DNA from: a virus
Lineage: Duplodnaviria > Caudoviricetes
Length of the DNA: 38,507 bases
Direction: 5' to 3' (one strand)
IMG/VR virus record: IMGVR_UViG_3300008255_000242
Location: 1-38,507 of that record
Shown: positions 35,558-38,507 of the stretch, one piece after another
Position numbering within the stretch: position 1 is the stretch's first letter
Layout: every line of letters begins with the position of its first letter
Translations under genes and position numbers: made by a program
Notes under the pieces: generated by a model
Database searches by the model: none
Seen by the model: only the letters and a program-made list of their open reading frames with translations
What the model was told of the DNA's origin: nothing

Positions 35558-36106
35558 ATGACAGCAAGAAAGCAATTCACCGTCGCTCTGACATGGGCCA
35601 CGGTGGCGCTAAGCGTCGGATTTGCCCTGATGGGATTCATCGATCAGGCATACACTGCGGCGCGTGTGGCGGCGATGTTCGTCACGCTGGCAATCTTTTC
35701 CTGGTTCCTTTCCGAAACGGTAGAGACCTATCTCGAACACCGGACGGCGAAGAACTGGCGGCAATGGACGACGCTCACCATGGGCCTGGTCCTGTTTGTC
35801 GTGGAAGTGCACCTTGTCCACTACGGCCTGGCGTGGCTGTTCGGGAATGTGGGACTCGTCGCGCTCTATGCAGCGTCGGCGGGCTTCTCGTTCCTGACCG
35901 TCACCGCCAAGGCCAACTATGGCAAGACATACACCGAGGCGGAAACAGCGACGCCAGAGGCTCCGGCCTTCACCGTCGATATGGAGCCGCAATGGGTCAT
36001 GCAGCCCGTGACGTTCGAGACTGCCGAGATTGTCCCGCTTCGCGGCGATCTCTCAGCGGTGGCTGACCGTCTGGAACGTGTGGCCGGACTTCGCGTCACT
36101 GCCTAG
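35558..36106 (+). CDS. multi-pass membrane protein
   Basis: About four hydrophobic helices; AATGGAGA RBS. Confidence 0.75.
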   Translation: MTARKQFTVALTWATVALSVGFALMGFIDQAYTAARVAAMFVTLAIFSWFLSETVETYLEHRTAKNWRQWTTLTMGLVLFVVEVHLVHYGLAWLFGNVGLVALYAASAGFSFLTVTAKANYGKTYTEAETATPEAPAFTVDMEPQWVMQPVTFETAEIVPLRGDLSAVADRLERVAGLRVTA

Positions 36107-36178
36107 CGGTGCGCCGCGTCGGGGAAACCTGGCGCGGCCATCCGGTGCGCAGTGCACCGAACAATGGAGACGAAACAC

Positions 36179-36358
36179 ATGGCAAATCCCAAGGACTTTA
36201 TCGAAGCCGAACGCGCCGCCGAGCGCATCGAGCAAGCCGCCGCAAATCTCACCGCTGCTCTGATGCGTGTAGAGGCCCGGCTCGCTGGTGCGGTGGCTGT
36301 CCTGGCCAAGCTGGACCAACCAGCGGCCAACGTGAGCCCGATCAAGTCGCCGAACTAG
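36179..36358 (+). CDS. small coiled-coil protein
   Basis: AATGGAGA RBS at 36163; MANPKDFIEAER... Confidence 0.65.
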   Translation: MANPKDFIEAERAAERIEQAAANLTAALMRVEARLAGAVAVLAKLDQPAANVSPIKSPN

Positions 36359-36372
36359 TCGACACCCCATCA

Positions 36373-36415
36373 CCCCGTCGCGATCCTTAACCGGATTGCG
36401 GCGGGGTTTCTTTTT
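36373..36415 (+). terminator. Rho-independent terminator ending the early operon
   Basis: CCCCGTCGCGATCC-TTAACC-GGATTGCGGCGGGG followed by TTTCTTTTT. Confidence 0.85.
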
Positions 36416-36441
36416 GCCCGAAATTCAGGCATTAAACCGGG

Positions 36442-36702
36442 ATGGGACGGATTCTGGCTTTACTCGCTGCATTATTCCTGGTCATCGCCCCCTGGGCACT
36501 TGGCCGGGACTGGCGGGACATGGCGCTCGCCGCCCTGATCTCGGTGCCGTTCTGGCTCATGGTTTTCATCAGGCGCTCAAACGAAGACATCGCTGATGAA
36601 CTGTCTCGCTTACCGTCGGCCCGGCCAGGTGCCCCTGTGGCCCGGATTTACCGGGAGGGGCCGGATGGCGAGATCTACCACGAAGACCGAGAAATTCGCT
36701 AG
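36442..36702 (+). CDS. small membrane protein
   Basis: Two hydrophobic helices and a charged C-terminus. Confidence 0.5.
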   Translation: MGRILALLAALFLVIAPWALGRDWRDMALAALISVPFWLMVFIRRSNEDIADELSRLPSARPGAPVARIYREGPDGEIYHEDREIR

Positions 36703-36794
36703 GAAGCCCGCACAGAGCGATTTGCTGATTTGGTCACTCCGGTGTGGCTGAGGCCAAAAATGCTCGCCACGAGCCTCCGCTGTTCGATTATCGC

Positions 36795-37196
36795 CTATTC
36801 TGGCTTCTCATCACCCCGTGACATGTTCCAGCCACGCCTCCAGGCATGCCTCAGGGCCGTCTGGTCACGTCCATACGGGCAGGCATCGATCGAGCGCCCG
36901 ATCATCTCCGCGTGGTAACCGTCATCCGTCGCCGCCTCGATACGCATCGGCAGCGAGCTTATCGGCTTCTCGTCAAGGCGGATCAGGTCGAAGGCAACCG
37001 GCGAATGGACTGCACGTAAGAGATCGGCGCACTCGGATAGCCGCAGATATTGCAGACGTGGATCATCGGTGGAATACCCAATGGCTTCGACGATGGCGTC
37101 TCGCGAGATCCCGTCTTCGGTGGCACTGGTGACGGCGGCGTTGAGGGCGTTGAGGGCAAGTCGTAGCTGGTCGACGCGGGGGAGAATCCGCCGCAT
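36795..37196 (-). CDS. hypothetical protein with an Rmf/CrpP-like C-terminal motif
   Basis: DGY......DACPY......AWRRGW; start moved to ATG 37196 after GGAG. Confidence 0.5.
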   Translation of the reverse strand: MRRILPRVDQLRLALNALNAAVTSATEDGISRDAIVEAIGYSTDDPRLQYLRLSECADLLRAVHSPVAFDLIRLDEKPISSLPMRIEAATDDGYHAEMIGRSIDACPYGRDQTALRHAWRRGWNMSRGDEKPE

Positions 37197-37621
37197 GTGT
37201 CGCTGGCGTCTCCGGGCCTGACTCTCAGGCTCAGTGTGAACCGCGTCTCGTTCGGGTAAATCTCCCGCGTCTCCTTGTTGCGGTGCTGACGGATTGTCGA
37301 CTGGTTGTCCACCGGCATCACCTGCCGGGCCGTCTCCTCGTCCACCAGGAGCAGCTTCAGCTTGTAGTGCTCCATCAACCACATCAATGTCGGGGTGACG
37401 TTTACCGGGCTTTGCTGGTCGTCTCCGGCCACTGCCTTTTGATTTATTCGGAAGGGACGCTTTCCCCATTTCTTGTCTCCTGCTTCAATCTTGCCAAGGT
37501 GGCCATGGGTCAGGTTGACCGCGTGTTCGACTTCTTCCTGCAGCATCTCGAGATCCGCGCGCCGTTCGGACAGCGCCTGGCTCATATCGACTTCGGTGAG
37601 AATCGAACGGATGAAGTTCAT
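36983..37621 (-). CDS. XRE-like HTH protein
   Basis: RRADLEMLQEEVEHAVNLTHGHLGKIEAG; ATGA-coupled to the GcrA-like gene; C-terminus overlaps the next ORF. Confidence 0.5.
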   Translation of the reverse strand: MNFIRSILTEVDMSQALSERRADLEMLQEEVEHAVNLTHGHLGKIEAGDKKWGKRPFRINQKAVAGDDQQSPVNVTPTLMWLMEHYKLKLLLVDEETARQVMPVDNQSTIRQHRNKETREIYPNETRFTLSLRVRPGDASDTCGGFSPASTSYDLPSTPSTPPSPVPPKTGSRETPSSKPLGIPPMIHVCNICGYPSAPISYVQSIRRLPST

Positions 37622-38139
37622 GACAGCGCCACCTTCATGCTGACCGGCTTCCGCCTCAGCGTCGCGGCCGACATGTGCGAGACGCTGGCAACGCGGTGAC
37701 CCTCGCAATATGCGGAGCCCTCGACCGAGGGCCCACCGCAAAACATGTGCGGCAAGCGCTCTGTCACGGCCCACTTGCATCGCCGGTCGTTGAGTTCCGG
37801 GAACGGTATGGGTGGCGCATCATGCACCACCACCGGAACAGGTGGAGGCGGCGGGGGTGGAGGCGGTGCCACGATAGCCTCCAGCTTCTGCTTCGGCGTT
37901 GGGCGAGGCGCCTTGCCGGCACGCCTTCCCTTCCCGGACTTGCGGTCCTCGAGCCCCAGCTTCGCCCGGTTGCGGTAAACCAGGCCGCGAACGGATGACA
38001 CCGTGATCTTGCGGCCGAACTGCTGCGCAAACATGGCGACAATCTCGGGCGCAGCTTTGCCGTCGTTCCACGCAACCCTCAGCGCTTCGAGTTCTGCGGC
38101 GCACTGGCCAATCGGTCTTGCTGTTCCGGTCTGGGTCAT
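37618..38139 (-). CDS. gcrA: GcrA-like cell-cycle regulator
   Basis: N-terminal W..G....EI......SVRGLVYR, Pro-rich linker, C-terminal ELNDRRCKW...FCG.P...GSAYCEGH. Confidence 0.8.
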   Translation of the reverse strand: MTQTGTARPIGQCAAELEALRVAWNDGKAAPEIVAMFAQQFGRKITVSSVRGLVYRNRAKLGLEDRKSGKGRRAGKAPRPTPKQKLEAIVAPPPPPPPPPVPVVVHDAPPIPFPELNDRRCKWAVTERLPHMFCGGPSVEGSAYCEGHRVASVSHMSAATLRRKPVSMKVALS

Positions 38140-38507
38140 GACGTTTCCTTTCCCCAATTTATCAGGCGTTCACGCGACTCCGGATCCAGGAAATAGCCCT
38201 GTCCATAGACGGTTCGGATCTTGAGGCCGTATGGCTTCAGCACCTTGCGCAACCGGCACATGCGAACACTGACGATCTTGAGCGACGCATCCGCGCAAAC
38301 ACCGCGCGTTGAACCGGCCGCCATCAGGTAATCGAGTGTGCAGAACGTCCGGCCCACAAGCGCAGCCAGCGTGGATCGCTCGCCCGGCGACAGTTGCCAT
38401 TCCGGCGGGCACATCCAGGCGTCATTGCGAAGCAGCGCGTAGACCTGGGGCAACTCCTCGCGCAGTTCCTCGACCTGATTTCGCAGGTGGACCTCGACGT
38501 GCTCGGC
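38136..38507 (-). CDS. winged-helix (OmpR/CtrA C-terminal-like) DNA-binding protein, 5'-truncated by the window
   Basis: LSPGE..LA.L...KIVSVRMCRLRKVL....IRTVYGQGY; frame stays open to the window end. Confidence 0.7.
   Translation of the reverse strand, partial: AEHVEVHLRNQVEELREELPQVYALLRNDAWMCPPEWQLSPGERSTLAALVGRTFCTLDYLMAAGSTRGVCADASLKIVSVRMCRLRKVLKPYGLKIRTVYGQGYFLDPESRERLINWGKETS

Noticed and set aside
36593-36600. Isolated CTGATGA matches (also at 32608 and a CTGATG at 32303)
   Set aside because: No correctly placed GAAA/stem III/GUC partner is present, and two of them are inside coding sequence.

Overview
This window is most of a temperate podovirus-type phage of an alphaproteobacterial host, with a BPP-1-like head/tail layout. 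Phage genes lie on both sides of the att site, so it looks like the excised or free form. Left to right it holds small accessory genes (including a MazG-like gene), an excisionase-like gene and tyrosine integrase, and an attP carrying the 5' half of tRNA-Thr(UGU) with arm repeats. Next come an Stf0-type sulfotransferase moron and a long minus-strand late module (tailspike, lysis genes, a 2.3-kaa polyvalent ejection protein with two ADP-ribosyltransferase-like domains, tail tube, capsid, scaffold, portal, DHH phosphoesterase, TerL, TerS). GcrA-like and CtrA/OmpR-type regulators close the right end. The standout is a ~4.1-kb plus-strand early operon (32255-36415) with a strong sigma70 promoter and an rrn-like boxA. 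Its genes (ArdA, a beta-clamp-like protein, small membrane and Zn-finger proteins) are separated by eight intact type II hammerhead ribozymes. Each copy has an invariant catalytic core, different but compensatory stems and a covarying pseudoknot, and sits just upstream of an AATGGAGA ribosome-binding site. All calls come from reading the sequence by eye; no searches or folding programs were run.
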